Shown here piece after piece: positions 23,181-33,073 of a stretch of 64,000 nt of DNA. The notes beneath the pieces are model-generated. The model was given only the letters and a program-made list of their open reading frames with translations, was not told the DNA's origin and made no database searches. This DNA is from Candidatus Aminicenantes bacterium (GTDB lineage: Bacteria > Acidobacteriota > Aminicenantia > Aminicenantales > Saccharicenantaceae). The position numbers were made by a program, and so were the translations under genes. Numbering within the stretch: position 1 is the first letter of the stretch; every line of letters begins with the position of its first letter. The stretch spans positions 5,296 to 69,295 of the forward strand of contig CAVSAI010000023.1 in NCBI GenBank assembly GCA_963725825.1. The letters are read 5' to 3'.

Positions 23181-24296
23181 GTGATCTCCAAAGAACGCAT
23201 GCTCCGCGCCCTGGCCAGGGGGAAACCCGACCGGCTGCCGGTGACCGTCCACCAGTGGCAAAAGTATCATCTCGACACTTTCCTCGGAGGCGCGAGCGAT
23301 CTCGAAGCGTTCCGGAAGTTCGGACTCGACGCGTCGATCCAGTACTTCCAGGACATGGGCCAGTTCTGGCTCGCCGACGCCGACTTCACGAAGTACTCGA
23401 CGCCCGATTGGCGGGACGAAGCGAAGGTCCTGAGCGCCGACCCCGATCATCGGCTGTCCAAGCACACGATTACGACGCCGGGCGGGACCCTCAGCTATGA
23501 GATCGAAGGCAACCGGATGACGACATGGGTCTCGGAATACCTGATCAAGCACGACGACGACATCCGGCTCATCGAGAAATACATGCCCGTGCCGCGGCTC
23601 GACCCCGCCCCCGTCAGCCGGGCTTATGATGCGGTCGGTGAGGACGGCATCCTGCGCGGCTTCGTCTGGGGCGACCAGGCCGGCTGCTGGCAGCATGCGG
23701 CCTGCCTTATCGACGTCCAAGAGCTCATCCTCCGGACATTCGACGATCCCGCGTGGGTCCACGAGCTGTTGCGCATTCTTCTTGACAAGAAGCTGCGCTT
23801 TATCGAGTCCATGAAAGGGGCCCGCTTCGACCTCATCGAGACGGGCGGCGGGGCGGCCTCCTCGACCCTCATCTCCCCCGCTCTGCACGCCGAGTACTGC
23901 CTCCCCTACGACCGGAAGATGCACGACGCCTTGCATGCCCTCGGATTCTCGGTCGTTTATCACACTTGCGGCGGGACGAAGGGCATCGAGGAGCACATCG
24001 TCGCCAACGGCTGCGACGTCTCCGAGACCCTGGCCCCGCCGTCGATCGGCGGAAACCAGGAGCCGTGGGAGTTCAAGGCCAAGATCGGGGGCCGCTTGGC
24101 GCTCATCGGCGGGCTCGATCAGCACAACGTCCTGACGGAGGGCTCGCCGGAGACGATTCGGGCCAAGGTCCGGGAGCTCTTCGACAAGGTCGGCGGCGAC
24201 GGAGGATATATCCTTTCGTGCTGCGACCACTTCTTCGAGACGCCGCCCGGGAACATCCGCATCTACGCCGAGGCGGCCCGCGCCTGCGTCTACTGA
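23181..24296 (+). CDS. Uroporphyrinogen decarboxylase (URO-D) family protein
   Basis: 371 aa. KERMLRALARGKPDRLPV N-terminus, YHTCGG and GGYILS motifs, as in URO-D/MtaA-like TIM barrels. Confidence 0.7.
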   Translation: MISKERMLRALARGKPDRLPVTVHQWQKYHLDTFLGGASDLEAFRKFGLDASIQYFQDMGQFWLADADFTKYSTPDWRDEAKVLSADPDHRLSKHTITTPGGTLSYEIEGNRMTTWVSEYLIKHDDDIRLIEKYMPVPRLDPAPVSRAYDAVGEDGILRGFVWGDQAGCWQHAACLIDVQELILRTFDDPAWVHELLRILLDKKLRFIESMKGARFDLIETGGGAASSTLISPALHAEYCLPYDRKMHDALHALGFSVVYHTCGGTKGIEEHIVANGCDVSETLAPPSIGGNQEPWEFKAKIGGRLALIGGLDQHNVLTEGSPETIRAKVRELFDKVGGDGGYILSCCDHFFETPPGNIRIYAEAARACVY

Positions 24297-24300
24297 GCCG

Positions 24301-25365
24301 TCAGTATCTCCCGAACTCCCGGACCGCCTCGTAGAGCGCGAAGACGTTCTCGACCTTCGTCTCCGGTAGTATGTAGTCGTGGCTCGGCGAGGCGATGTAG
24401 CCGCCGCCCGGCTTCATGATCCCGAGGACTTCGCGCGTCTTCGCCCGGACGAGGTCCGGCGCGCCCTCGATGAGCCAATGGTGCGTGTCGATGCACCCGT
24501 TGAGCACGATGCGTCCGCCGAATGCGGCCTTGAGCTTGGCCGGGGCCATGTCCCGGGCGTCGGGCTGCAAAGCCTGGAGCGCGTCGACCCCCGCCTCGAT
24601 CATGGCCGGGATGAGGGGGACGAAGCCGCCGCAGCAGTGGAGCATCACCTTGAGCCCGAAGTCGTGTCCCAGGGCGGCCAGGCGGGCCAGGTGCGGCTGG
24701 AAATAACGGCGGAAGAGGGCTTCGCCGACGACGGGGCCGTTCTGCGTGCCGAAATCGTTGCCGATGAAGAAGATGTCGATCGCATCGGAGGCAGCCTCGA
24801 AGATACGCAGGCTCGTCTGGAAGTAATAGTCGACGATGCGGCGGAGCAGGATGTCGACCAGGGCCGGGTTCTCGACCATGGCGACCATGAAGCTTTCCAT
24901 CCCCAGGAGATCGATGGCATCGTGGTAGAACGGCGACCAGTCGCCGCCGAGGACGGCGAACCGGCCGCCCCAGGCCAGGGCTTCGTCCCGGATATGGGAG
25001 ACGTCCATCCAGGCAGGGTCGGGCCAGGGGTGGCTCTCGATATCGGCGACGGTCTGGGCCCCTTCGAGGGGATGGCTCACAGGCTGGCCGTAGCCGTAGC
25101 CCGTTCGCTCCACTCCGAATGGAGTTCGCGACGTCGCCGCGGGATGGGTGAATGCCGAGTCCGGGCTGAAAGCGGGAGGCCCGGAATACTTGGCGTGAAC
25201 GCGGCGAAAGTCGTCGCCGATGAAGAGGGCGAGGTCCTCGTCGGTCGCGAGGCCCGCCCGGACCCTGGCCATGGCTTTCCATTCGGGGGAAGCGCCGAGC
25301 CAGGCGGGCACGCGATCGGGGATCCCGCCGGCGAAAACGGTTTTGACGCGCTCGCGGGAGGTCAT
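24301..25365 (-). CDS. Uroporphyrinogen decarboxylase (URO-D) family protein (paralogue)
   Basis: 354 aa. SRERVKTVFAGGIPDRVPAW, HCCGG and GGGYIASPSH motifs. Confidence 0.7.
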   Translation of the reverse strand: MTSRERVKTVFAGGIPDRVPAWLGASPEWKAMARVRAGLATDEDLALFIGDDFRRVHAKYSGPPAFSPDSAFTHPAATSRTPFGVERTGYGYGQPVSHPLEGAQTVADIESHPWPDPAWMDVSHIRDEALAWGGRFAVLGGDWSPFYHDAIDLLGMESFMVAMVENPALVDILLRRIVDYYFQTSLRIFEAASDAIDIFFIGNDFGTQNGPVVGEALFRRYFQPHLARLAALGHDFGLKVMLHCCGGFVPLIPAMIEAGVDALQALQPDARDMAPAKLKAAFGGRIVLNGCIDTHHWLIEGAPDLVRAKTREVLGIMKPGGGYIASPSHDYILPETKVENVFALYEAVREFGRY

Positions 25366-25443
25366 GTCGCGGATTCTACCACAATGGCAGATGACGGTCT
25401 CGCGCCTGGGCCGACCCCGGGAGGCCCGGTTCCGGGCAGCGGC

Positions 25444-25794
25444 CTATGCCAGTTTCAGGAAATCGCCGTCAACGATCAGAAGCGTCGCCCCGTGCTCCGT
25501 CCGGGAGCGGTGCGAGCTCCGATCATCGGAGACGACATAAGTCATCCCCTCGGTCATGACGGTCCTTTCGCCGTTCTCCTGCTCGTTGACGAATTCCCCT
25601 TCGAGGCAGTGAACGACATGACCCTTCTGGCACCAATGGTCGGCCAGATAGCCCTTGGAATACTCGACGATGCGGATCCTCAGCCCGGCGAACTCCTGCG
25701 TCCGCCAGAACGACGTTCCCGTCTCCCCCTTGTGTTCCGTCCTCGGGACCAAGCCCCAATCGATGGCGTGGTACGGGATGCCCTGAGTGTTCAT
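25444..25794 (-). CDS. Cupin-fold protein (DHCW-motif type)
   Basis: ADHWCQKGHVVHCLEGEF core. ATG at 25794 (MNTQGIPY) is preferred over 25815. Confidence 0.65.
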   Translation of the reverse strand: MNTQGIPYHAIDWGLVPRTEHKGETGTSFWRTQEFAGLRIRIVEYSKGYLADHWCQKGHVVHCLEGEFVNEQENGERTVMTEGMTYVVSDDRSSHRSRTEHGATLLIVDGDFLKLA

Positions 25795-25916
25795 CGGTCC
25801 TCCTTCCAGGTCCAATCGTCGTCTTTGTCCATGACGAGCTGAGTGGGGCCGAGATCCTCAAGTTCCATGCGGCCCCAGGTCTCATGATACGACTTTCGGG
25901 CCTGCCCGGCATCCAA
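25791..25916 (-). CDS. Possible unannotated 41-codon ORF coupled to the cupin gene
   Basis: TTG at 25916 lies 5 nt after AGGGGA. It reads LDAGQARKSYHETWGRMELEDLGPTQLVMDKDDDWTWKEDR. Its TGA overlaps the cupin ATG (ATGA). It is below the ORF-track size cut-off. Confidence 0.25.
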   Translation of the reverse strand: MDAGQARKSYHETWGRMELEDLGPTQLVMDKDDDWTWKEDR

Positions 25917-25987
25917 AATCGTTCCCCTCGCGTCCTTCTTTTGGACTAGAATAGTGTCTTGCGCATCCGCCCGGAAAGGAGCCCCTC

Positions 25988-28900
25988 ATGAAAAAAGCCC
26001 TCGTTCTCCTCGGCGTCATTCTGTGCGTCCTCAGCCTTGTCCTGCCCGGCGCGGCCGCAGGCCGGAACGGCTATTATCGCTTTCCGGCCATCCACGGCGG
26101 CACGATCGTCTTCACCTCCGAGGGCGACCTCTGGACTGTCGACGTGAGCGGCGGGACGGCCCGCCGCCTTACCTCCCATGAGGGGATGGAAACCAACCCG
26201 GCCATCTCCCCGGACGGCCTGACCCTGGCTTTCTCGGCCCAATACGAGGGCCCGACCGAAGTCTATACGATGCCGATCGCAGGCGGGCTGCCCTCGCGGC
26301 GGACCTTCTCCGGCCAAGGCGCCACGGTCGTCGGCTGGACGCCGGACGGCAAGGTCCTCTTTGCCACCCGGGAATACTCGACGCTGCCGAACACTCAGCT
26401 CGTCGTCCTCGACTTGGCCACGAACGCCGGGACCTTGCTGCCGCTCAGCCAGGCTGCCGACGGCGCCTTCGACGGCTCGGGCAAAACGCTCTACTTCACT
26501 CGGCTTCCTTTCCAAGGCAGCTACACCAAACGATACAAGGGCGGCACGGCCCAGAACCTCTGGTCTTACACGCTCGGCGCCGACGAGGCCTCGCCCTTGA
26601 CGGCCGACTACGCCGGCACGAGCAAGAACCCCATGGTCTGGCAGGGACGGATCTATTTTCTGAGCGATCGGGACGGCTCCATGAACATATGGTCGATGGA
26701 CCTCAAGGGCGCCGGCCTCAAGCAGCACACCTTCCACAAGGGGTTCGACGCGAGTTCCCCCAGCCTCGACGCGGGGCGGATCGCCTACCAGCTCGTGGCC
26801 GACCTCCGGGTCTTCGACATCGGCTCCGGAAATGACTCCGCGCTGGCTGTGACCCTCCCTTCGGACTTCGATCAGATGCGCGAGCGGTGGGTGACGAAGC
26901 CGCTCGATCTCCTGACATCCGGGCACGTCTCGCCCAATGGCGACCGCGTCGTCCTCGTCTCCCGCGGTCACGTCTTCGTCGCCCCGGTCGGCGACGGCCG
27001 CTGGGTCCGGGTCGACCGCAAGGAGGGCGTCCGGGCCCGCGCGGCGCGTTTCCTCGGTGACGGCAAAAGCCTGATGGTGCTCAACGACGCGACCGGCGAA
27101 TGGGAATTCGCCCGCTACGGCGCGGACGGCCTCGGCCCGGCCGAACAGCTGACGACGGGCGCCAAGGTCATCCGCTTCGACGGCGTCCCGTCCCCCGACG
27201 GCCAATGGATCGCCTTCGCCGACAAGGACTACCAGCTCTGGCTCTTCAATGTCGCAAAGAAGGCCTTGAACCGGGCCGGCGTCTCCGACATCGGCATGTT
27301 CGGCGATCTGTCCTGGTCCCCGGACAGCCGCTGGCTGGCCTACGTCCAGGGCGCCTCGAACCAGTTCAGCCGAATCGTCCTCCTCGAGGCCGCGACAGGC
27401 CGGACGGTCGAGCTCACGAACGACCGCGTCGATTCCTACAATCCCGCCTGGAGCCCGGACGGCCAGTGGCTCTATTTCCTGTCCGACCGTTATTTTCAGA
27501 GCGCCGTAGGCAGCCCTTGGGGGGCGCGACAGCCCGAACCTTACTTCGACAAGACGACCAAGATCTATGCCGCCGCTCTGACGGCCAAAGAAACGTTCCC
27601 CTTCTCCCCGGCGACGGAGCTCCAGGCCGAAAAGAAGGACGCCAGCGAAGAGAAGGCGGCCGAGGTCAAGCCGGGCGCGCCGGCCGCCAAGCCCGCCAAG
27701 GAGGCAGTCAAGCCGGCGCCGAAGGTCGTCATCGACCTCGCCGGCCTTCAAGACCGCGTCTTCGAGGTGCCGCTTCCGGCCGGCGTCTACTCCGGGCTCG
27801 CGGTCGGCGAGAAGATCCTGTTCTTCGTCGATGAGGGGTCGAACGCCGCCGGCCAGGCCAAGCTCCAGGCCGTCGAGATCAAGAACCGCAACATCCAAGC
27901 GAAGACCCTCGTCGAGGATGTTCGGAATTTCGAGCTCTCGGCCGACGGGAAGAAGCTTCTCGTCCGCAAGGGCAGTGATATCTACGTCATCGACGCCGGG
28001 ACGGCCCAGCCGAACCCGCAGACACTGGCGGAGCGGCGGGTCGACCTGTCCAAGTGGACTTTCTCCGTCGATCCCCGCGAGGAGTGGCGCCAGATGTTCG
28101 TCGATGCCTGGCGGATGGAGCGCGACTACTTCTACGACCGCAATCTCCACAACGTCGATTACCAGGGCCTGCTCGAGCGCCACCGCCCCTTCGTGGAACG
28201 GGTCAGCGACCGGTCCGAGCTCAACGATCTCCTGGCCCACCTTGTCGGCGAGCTCTCGGCCCTGCACACGTTCGTCCGCGGGGGCGACCTGAGACAGCCG
28301 GCCGACAACGTCACCCCGGGCGCCCTGGGGGCCCGCCTCGTCCGCGACGAAGCCAAGGGCGGCTATCGCATCGATCACATCTACCGGTCCGATCCCGAAT
28401 ACAAGGACAACCTGTCGCCATTGGGCAAGCCGATGTCGGCCATCCGCGAAGGCGAGATCATCACGGCCATCAACGGCGCACCGACGCTCGGCGTCCCGGA
28501 TCCCTCGCTTCTGCTGCGAAACACGGCCGGCCAGCAAGTCCTCCTCGAGGTCAAGCCGGCGGCCGGCGGGGCGGTCCGCAAGGAGATCGTCGTGCCCATC
28601 ACGCCCTACGCCGATTCCGATCTCCGCTACGCCGAGTGGGAATACACCCGCCGTCTCGAGGTCGAGAAGTCCGGGCAGGGCGACATCGGCTATGTCCACC
28701 TGCGGGCCATGGGCAACGCCAATTACACGGAATGGGTCAAGAACTTCTATCCCGTCTTCGACCGCAAGGGCCTCATCATCGACGTCCGCCACAACAACGG
28801 CGGCAACATCGATTCCTGGATCCTCGAGAAGCTCATGCGCAAGGCCTGGTTCTACTGGCAGAACCGGGTCGGGAAGCCGACCTGGAACATGCAGTACGCC

Positions 28901-29284
28901 TTCCGCGGGCACATGGTCGTCCTGTGCGACGAGCGCACGGCTTCGGACGGCGAGGCCTTCAGCGAAGGCTTCCGGCGCCTCGGCCTGGGCAAGGTCATCG
29001 GGACGCGAACCTGGGGCGGCGAGATCTGGCTCAGCTCGTCCAACGTCCTCGTCGACCGCGGCATCGCCTCGGCGGCGGAAACGGGCGTTTACGGCCCCGA
29101 AGGCGAATGGCTCATCGAGGGGCACGGCGTCGACCCGGACATCGTCGTCGACAATCTGCCGCACGCCGCCTTCAACGGCAAGGACGCCCAGCTCGAGGCG
29201 GCCGTCAAGCACCTCCGGGAGCTCATCGCCAAGGAACCGGTCGAGGTGCCCAAGCACCCGCCCTACCCTGACAAAAAGAAGTGA
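25988..29284 (+). CDS. Tricorn protease homologue (S41 peptidase with beta-propellers and PDZ)
   Basis: 1098 aa with a signal peptide. YYRFPAIHGGTIVFTSEGDLW start, repeated TolB-like propeller motifs (SPDG), and C-terminal S41 core DERTASDGEAF. Confidence 0.85.
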   Translation: MKKALVLLGVILCVLSLVLPGAAAGRNGYYRFPAIHGGTIVFTSEGDLWTVDVSGGTARRLTSHEGMETNPAISPDGLTLAFSAQYEGPTEVYTMPIAGGLPSRRTFSGQGATVVGWTPDGKVLFATREYSTLPNTQLVVLDLATNAGTLLPLSQAADGAFDGSGKTLYFTRLPFQGSYTKRYKGGTAQNLWSYTLGADEASPLTADYAGTSKNPMVWQGRIYFLSDRDGSMNIWSMDLKGAGLKQHTFHKGFDASSPSLDAGRIAYQLVADLRVFDIGSGNDSALAVTLPSDFDQMRERWVTKPLDLLTSGHVSPNGDRVVLVSRGHVFVAPVGDGRWVRVDRKEGVRARAARFLGDGKSLMVLNDATGEWEFARYGADGLGPAEQLTTGAKVIRFDGVPSPDGQWIAFADKDYQLWLFNVAKKALNRAGVSDIGMFGDLSWSPDSRWLAYVQGASNQFSRIVLLEAATGRTVELTNDRVDSYNPAWSPDGQWLYFLSDRYFQSAVGSPWGARQPEPYFDKTTKIYAAALTAKETFPFSPATELQAEKKDASEEKAAEVKPGAPAAKPAKEAVKPAPKVVIDLAGLQDRVFEVPLPAGVYSGLAVGEKILFFVDEGSNAAGQAKLQAVEIKNRNIQAKTLVEDVRNFELSADGKKLLVRKGSDIYVIDAGTAQPNPQTLAERRVDLSKWTFSVDPREEWRQMFVDAWRMERDYFYDRNLHNVDYQGLLERHRPFVERVSDRSELNDLLAHLVGELSALHTFVRGGDLRQPADNVTPGALGARLVRDEAKGGYRIDHIYRSDPEYKDNLSPLGKPMSAIREGEIITAINGAPTLGVPDPSLLLRNTAGQQVLLEVKPAAGGAVRKEIVVPITPYADSDLRYAEWEYTRRLEVEKSGQGDIGYVHLRAMGNANYTEWVKNFYPVFDRKGLIIDVRHNNGGNIDSWILEKLMRKAWFYWQNRVGKPTWNMQYAFRGHMVVLCDERTASDGEAFSEGFRRLGLGKVIGTRTWGGEIWLSSSNVLVDRGIASAAETGVYGPEGEWLIEGHGVDPDIVVDNLPHAAFNGKDAQLEAAVKHLRELIAKEPVEVPKHPPYPDKKK

Positions 29285-29297
29285 AGAAGGGAGTGCC

Positions 29298-30089
29298 ATG
29301 CCGATCATCCCCTTGTCCCCGGAACATGAGCCTCTGTATTGCGTTTGCCTCGAGGAATGGTCGGACGAGCTCAAGGAGGGCGGCGACCACAAGGCCAGGT
29401 GGCTGGCCAAGATGGCGGCCAGAGGCTTGCGGGTCAAGCTCGCCCTCGACGACAAGGGCCAGGTCGGGGGGATGATCCAGTACGTCCCGATCGAGGAGTC
29501 GTTCGTCGACGGCCAGGGCCTTTACTTCATTCCCTGCATCTGGGTCCACGGCTATAAGCAGGGCCGGGGGAATTTCCAGAAAAAGGGCATGGGGACGGCG
29601 CTGCTCGAAGCCGCCGAGGCCGATGCCCGCGAGCTCGGGGCCAAGGGAATGGCCGCTTGGGGCATGGCCCTGCCCGTATTCATGCGGGCATCATGGTTCC
29701 GAAAGCGCGGATACACGAAGGCCGATGCGCTGGGCCTGCAGATCCTCCTCTGGAAGCCTTTCACCGAGGATGCCGTGCCGCCGCGCTGGATCCGGGACAA
29801 GAAGAAGCCCGAGCCGGTGGCGGGCCGTGTGACCGTCACCGCCCTCGTCAACGGCTGGTGCCCGGGCATGAACACGGCGTTCGAGCGGGCGAAACGCGCC
29901 GCCGCGGAGTTCGGCGATAAGGTCGAGTTTCGAGCCGTCGATACGTTCGACCGCGAGGTTTTCAGGGAATGGGGCGAACCCGATGCCATCTTCGTCGACG
30001 GCAAGGGGATCCGTATGGGACCGCCTCCCTCGTACGACAAGATCAGGAAGGCCATCGCCCGGCGGGTCAAGAAGCTGGGCAGACGGTAA
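29298..30089 (+). CDS. GNAT-like N-acetyltransferase fused to a thioredoxin-fold domain
   Basis: ATG at 29298 lies inside ORF 28692..30089. The acetyl-CoA loop is QGRGNFQKKGMGTALL. The C-terminal half VTALVNGWCPGMN...VDGK looks like a single-Cys Trx fold. Confidence 0.6.
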   Translation: MPIIPLSPEHEPLYCVCLEEWSDELKEGGDHKARWLAKMAARGLRVKLALDDKGQVGGMIQYVPIEESFVDGQGLYFIPCIWVHGYKQGRGNFQKKGMGTALLEAAEADARELGAKGMAAWGMALPVFMRASWFRKRGYTKADALGLQILLWKPFTEDAVPPRWIRDKKKPEPVAGRVTVTALVNGWCPGMNTAFERAKRAAAEFGDKVEFRAVDTFDREVFREWGEPDAIFVDGKGIRMGPPPSYDKIRKAIARRVKKLGRR

Positions 30090-30144
30090 TGACAAAGCCC
30101 CGCAGACGCGGAAGAGTTGGAACCCGGCCGAGCGGACAGATCCC

Positions 30145-31398
30145 CTAGCGCCCTCGTTCCTTGGCGAATCCCGCCAGGATCTTGACGGCGTCCGCACCGC
30201 CGACGTCTCCGATCGCCGCCACGGCCTCCTTGCGGACCGCCTCATCGGGGTGCGTCCTGACAAGCTTGACGAGAAGGGGAAGCCCGCTCCGTTTAGGCAG
30301 TTCCGCAATGGCGCGGATCGCCTCCTTCTGGATCTTCGGGTCCCTGTCTCCGGCCGAGATCTTCTCCAGCATCTTGACGGTCGCGTCGGTGGCTTTTTCC
30401 GCCAGGCCCTGGACCGCTTTGCTGCGAACGGAGCCTTCTGCGCTGTTGACGGCGAACGAGATCAACGCCTCGGTGGCGGCCGGAAGGTCCATTTCGACCA
30501 ACCCCTCAACGGCTCGCTCCCGGACCTCGTGGGACGGGTCGGCCTTGATCGTCTTCAGCAGGAGGTCAAGGGCTTTAGGATCGTTCTGCTCGCCCAAGCA
30601 CGCCGCGGCCTCGGCCCGGATCTCGTCAGTCTCCTTGCCGGCCAAGATCCGCTCGACGAACGGCACCACGAGCGCAGGGTGCCGGTGAAGCCCGATGGCC
30701 CAGAGGATCGAGCGCTTGTCTTCCTCGGCGGAGGCCCGGGCGTAGAGAGGGATCAGGAAAGCCAGGCTCTCGGGATCAGTCGCCATTCCCACCCAGACGA
30801 GCGGCAGCTCCTCGAGATCAAAGGGAAGGTCCAGATTGCTGACCCGGATGTCGGCCGGAAAACTCTCGGGCCTCGACGTCAGACGGAGCAGGATGCCGAT
30901 CTCCCTCATCGCGGGACGCTCCGGCTCGTCCCCTCTTCGCGCGGCCTCGAAGGAGCGTACCAGCCCCGGCATGGACGCCGCCGTCCCGCGGGCGGCCTGG
31001 TCGTTGGCCACCTTTCTCTCGAGGGGCGTCTTCCGCCCGTTTATCATATCGTCCAGCGTGATATGCGTTCCGGCGTCACCCCAAGGATGCCAGCCCATCG
31101 ACGAGTGTTCTCCCATCAGGCGGCGGACCCCGAAGCCGAGCCAGAATCCTTTCTCCCACCGGTTGGCCTTCGCTTCGCCGCGGGCCCACGCCACCCGTTC
31201 CGCGATCGGCCCGGACGGAGAGGGCTGGAGAAGCGTCTGAGCGGCGGCCTGATCGGAGATCCGCTCAGGCGGATCGGACACCGTCGCCGCGGCTGCGGCT
31301 TTCGTCGCGTTCGTCTTCCCCGGCGGCGCCGCTCCGGCGATGAGACAGAGACAGAGGAGCGCCAGGCCGATCTTCCCGGACAACCTCTTATCGTCCAT
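30145..31398 (-). CDS. HEAT-repeat protein, secreted/lipoprotein-like
   Basis: Signal peptide, then repeated D/E-x-VR-x-xA-xxALG HEAT-like units (HEVRERAVEGL, DEAVRKEAVAAIG). Confidence 0.7.
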   Translation of the reverse strand: MDDKRLSGKIGLALLCLCLIAGAAPPGKTNATKAAAAATVSDPPERISDQAAAQTLLQPSPSGPIAERVAWARGEAKANRWEKGFWLGFGVRRLMGEHSSMGWHPWGDAGTHITLDDMINGRKTPLERKVANDQAARGTAASMPGLVRSFEAARRGDEPERPAMREIGILLRLTSRPESFPADIRVSNLDLPFDLEELPLVWVGMATDPESLAFLIPLYARASAEEDKRSILWAIGLHRHPALVVPFVERILAGKETDEIRAEAAACLGEQNDPKALDLLLKTIKADPSHEVRERAVEGLVEMDLPAATEALISFAVNSAEGSVRSKAVQGLAEKATDATVKMLEKISAGDRDPKIQKEAIRAIAELPKRSGLPLLVKLVRTHPDEAVRKEAVAAIGDVGGADAVKILAGFAKERGR

Positions 31399-33043
31399 GT
31401 TCGTCCCGGTCCGCGGACGCGCGCCCGGCCGCGACCTTTCTTCCCTTGAGCAATTCGAGCAGGGCCTGGCGGGCCTTGGGCGTCTTGATGTCGCCGAGGG
31501 CCGAGACCGCCGCGGTCCTCACCTCGACCTCGGGATCGGTCCTGGCCGCGTCGATCAGAATAGGCACCGCCTCGTCACTCTCGGAGCTCCCGAGCGCCTC
31601 GACCATCTTTTTCCGCCACTCGCGGTCCTTTTCACCTTTGAGAAGTCCGCCGAGCGCCTTGATCGCGGCCGGGTCGCGCTCGTCCGCCATGGCCTCGAGC
31701 GCCGCCTCCTTGGCCTCGGGGGACTTGGCTCGCCGGTAAACGTCGCCGAGGACCGCGGCCTTGTCGAGATCCTCGATCTCCGCCAAAGCCTGGGCGGCTT
31801 CCCGGGCGAGCTCCGCATTCGTCCCGGCCACGGCCACCGTCACCAGCGCGGCTTGGGCTTCCGCCCCGCCGACCCTGGAAATCGCCTGGAGGACCTCCTG
31901 CTGGACTTCGGCGTCCTTGGCCGCCGACAGGATCTCCTTCAGGCGGGTCAGGCTCTCCGGCGTCCGGTTCTCGGCGATCATCATCGTCGCCGTGCTGCGG
32001 ATCTCCTGGTCGGGGTCTTTCAGGGCCAGCTCTTGCAGGAGCTGTCCGGTCAGGCCGGCCGCGGGCTCATCTTGATCGGCCAGGGAATTGAGTGCCCGGC
32101 GCCTGATCTCGTTGTCCTTGGCCTCTTTGAGGACTTGGATGAGGGCCTCGTCACGGCCGGGCCGGCTCCCCTGAGCGAGGCCTTCCACGGCCAGGCGGGC
32201 GAGCTCGGGGCTCGTGCCGGACAGGGCCACCTGTCTGAAGAAGGCGACGAGGCTCGGGTCCTCGAAATCCGCCAAGGCCTTGAGCGCCGTGCGGCGCAGG
32301 GTGAGCTCGGAGGCGTTCTGGGAGGTATCTTTGAGGACCGGGACCGCCTCGGCATGGCCGGTTTCTCCGAGGGCCGCCAGGGCGCGTCGACGGAGCTCGG
32401 GCGAAGCGTCGGTCCGGGCGATCTCGATGAGCTTTTGCAAAGCCCTGGGATTATCGAACTCGCCCAAGACGTGGATGATCCGCGAGCGGAGCTTGCCCTC
32501 TTCGCTCTGGCTATAAAGGTCGAAAAGGCTCTGGAGGGCGTTGTCGTCGCCGACGTCGCGCAAGGCCTCGAGGGCGGCGATGGCGACGTCTTCGTCGGTC
32601 GTCTTGTCCATGGCCTTGACGATGGCCATATACTCGGGCTTGCCCCGGCTGGCCAATTCCTCGGCGATCTCGATCATCCTCGTCCGGGCGTCGTCGGCCC
32701 ATTCGCTCGTGGGATAGGCGGCGATGAAGTCCTGATAGCACTTGAACACCGAAGCCCGGGGATGATCGTTCTCCTCGAAGACATAGCATTTCCAAAAGCG
32801 GGCGTCGTCGGTCCAGGGGCTCTTGGGAAAGGCGGTGAGGAACTCGTCGAGGGCCTTGGCCGCCCCTTCCCACTCCTCGTCCATGATCAGGCTGTAGACA
32901 GCCTGGAACTTACGGGCATCCTCCGTCTGGGGATCGGCCGGCGAGGGCGACGGGGGCATGGCCGCCAGGCCCAGCGCCAAGACGATGGCAAAGACGACCG
33001 TCAGTACCGTGCTCATCCCGACATGTCCGGCTGTTTTTCTCAT
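31388..33043 (-). CDS. HEAT-repeat protein with TPR/YfiO-like N-terminal domain
   Basis: TM/signal segment, W-rich TPR-like N-domain, then at least 10 HEAT-like units (PELRRRALAALG, QEIRSTATMMI, VEVRTAAVSALG). Confidence 0.7.
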   Translation of the reverse strand: MRKTAGHVGMSTVLTVVFAIVLALGLAAMPPSPSPADPQTEDARKFQAVYSLIMDEEWEGAAKALDEFLTAFPKSPWTDDARFWKCYVFEENDHPRASVFKCYQDFIAAYPTSEWADDARTRMIEIAEELASRGKPEYMAIVKAMDKTTDEDVAIAALEALRDVGDDNALQSLFDLYSQSEEGKLRSRIIHVLGEFDNPRALQKLIEIARTDASPELRRRALAALGETGHAEAVPVLKDTSQNASELTLRRTALKALADFEDPSLVAFFRQVALSGTSPELARLAVEGLAQGSRPGRDEALIQVLKEAKDNEIRRRALNSLADQDEPAAGLTGQLLQELALKDPDQEIRSTATMMIAENRTPESLTRLKEILSAAKDAEVQQEVLQAISRVGGAEAQAALVTVAVAGTNAELAREAAQALAEIEDLDKAAVLGDVYRRAKSPEAKEAALEAMADERDPAAIKALGGLLKGEKDREWRKKMVEALGSSESDEAVPILIDAARTDPEVEVRTAAVSALGDIKTPKARQALLELLKGRKVAAGRASADRDEHGR

Positions 33044-33073
33044 ATTCTTTCTCCTTGATCCGAGGGTTTTATC

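Noticed and set aside
25946-29455. 1169-aa minus-strand ORF
   Set aside because: It is the shadow of the tricorn-like protease gene and has no recognisable domain.
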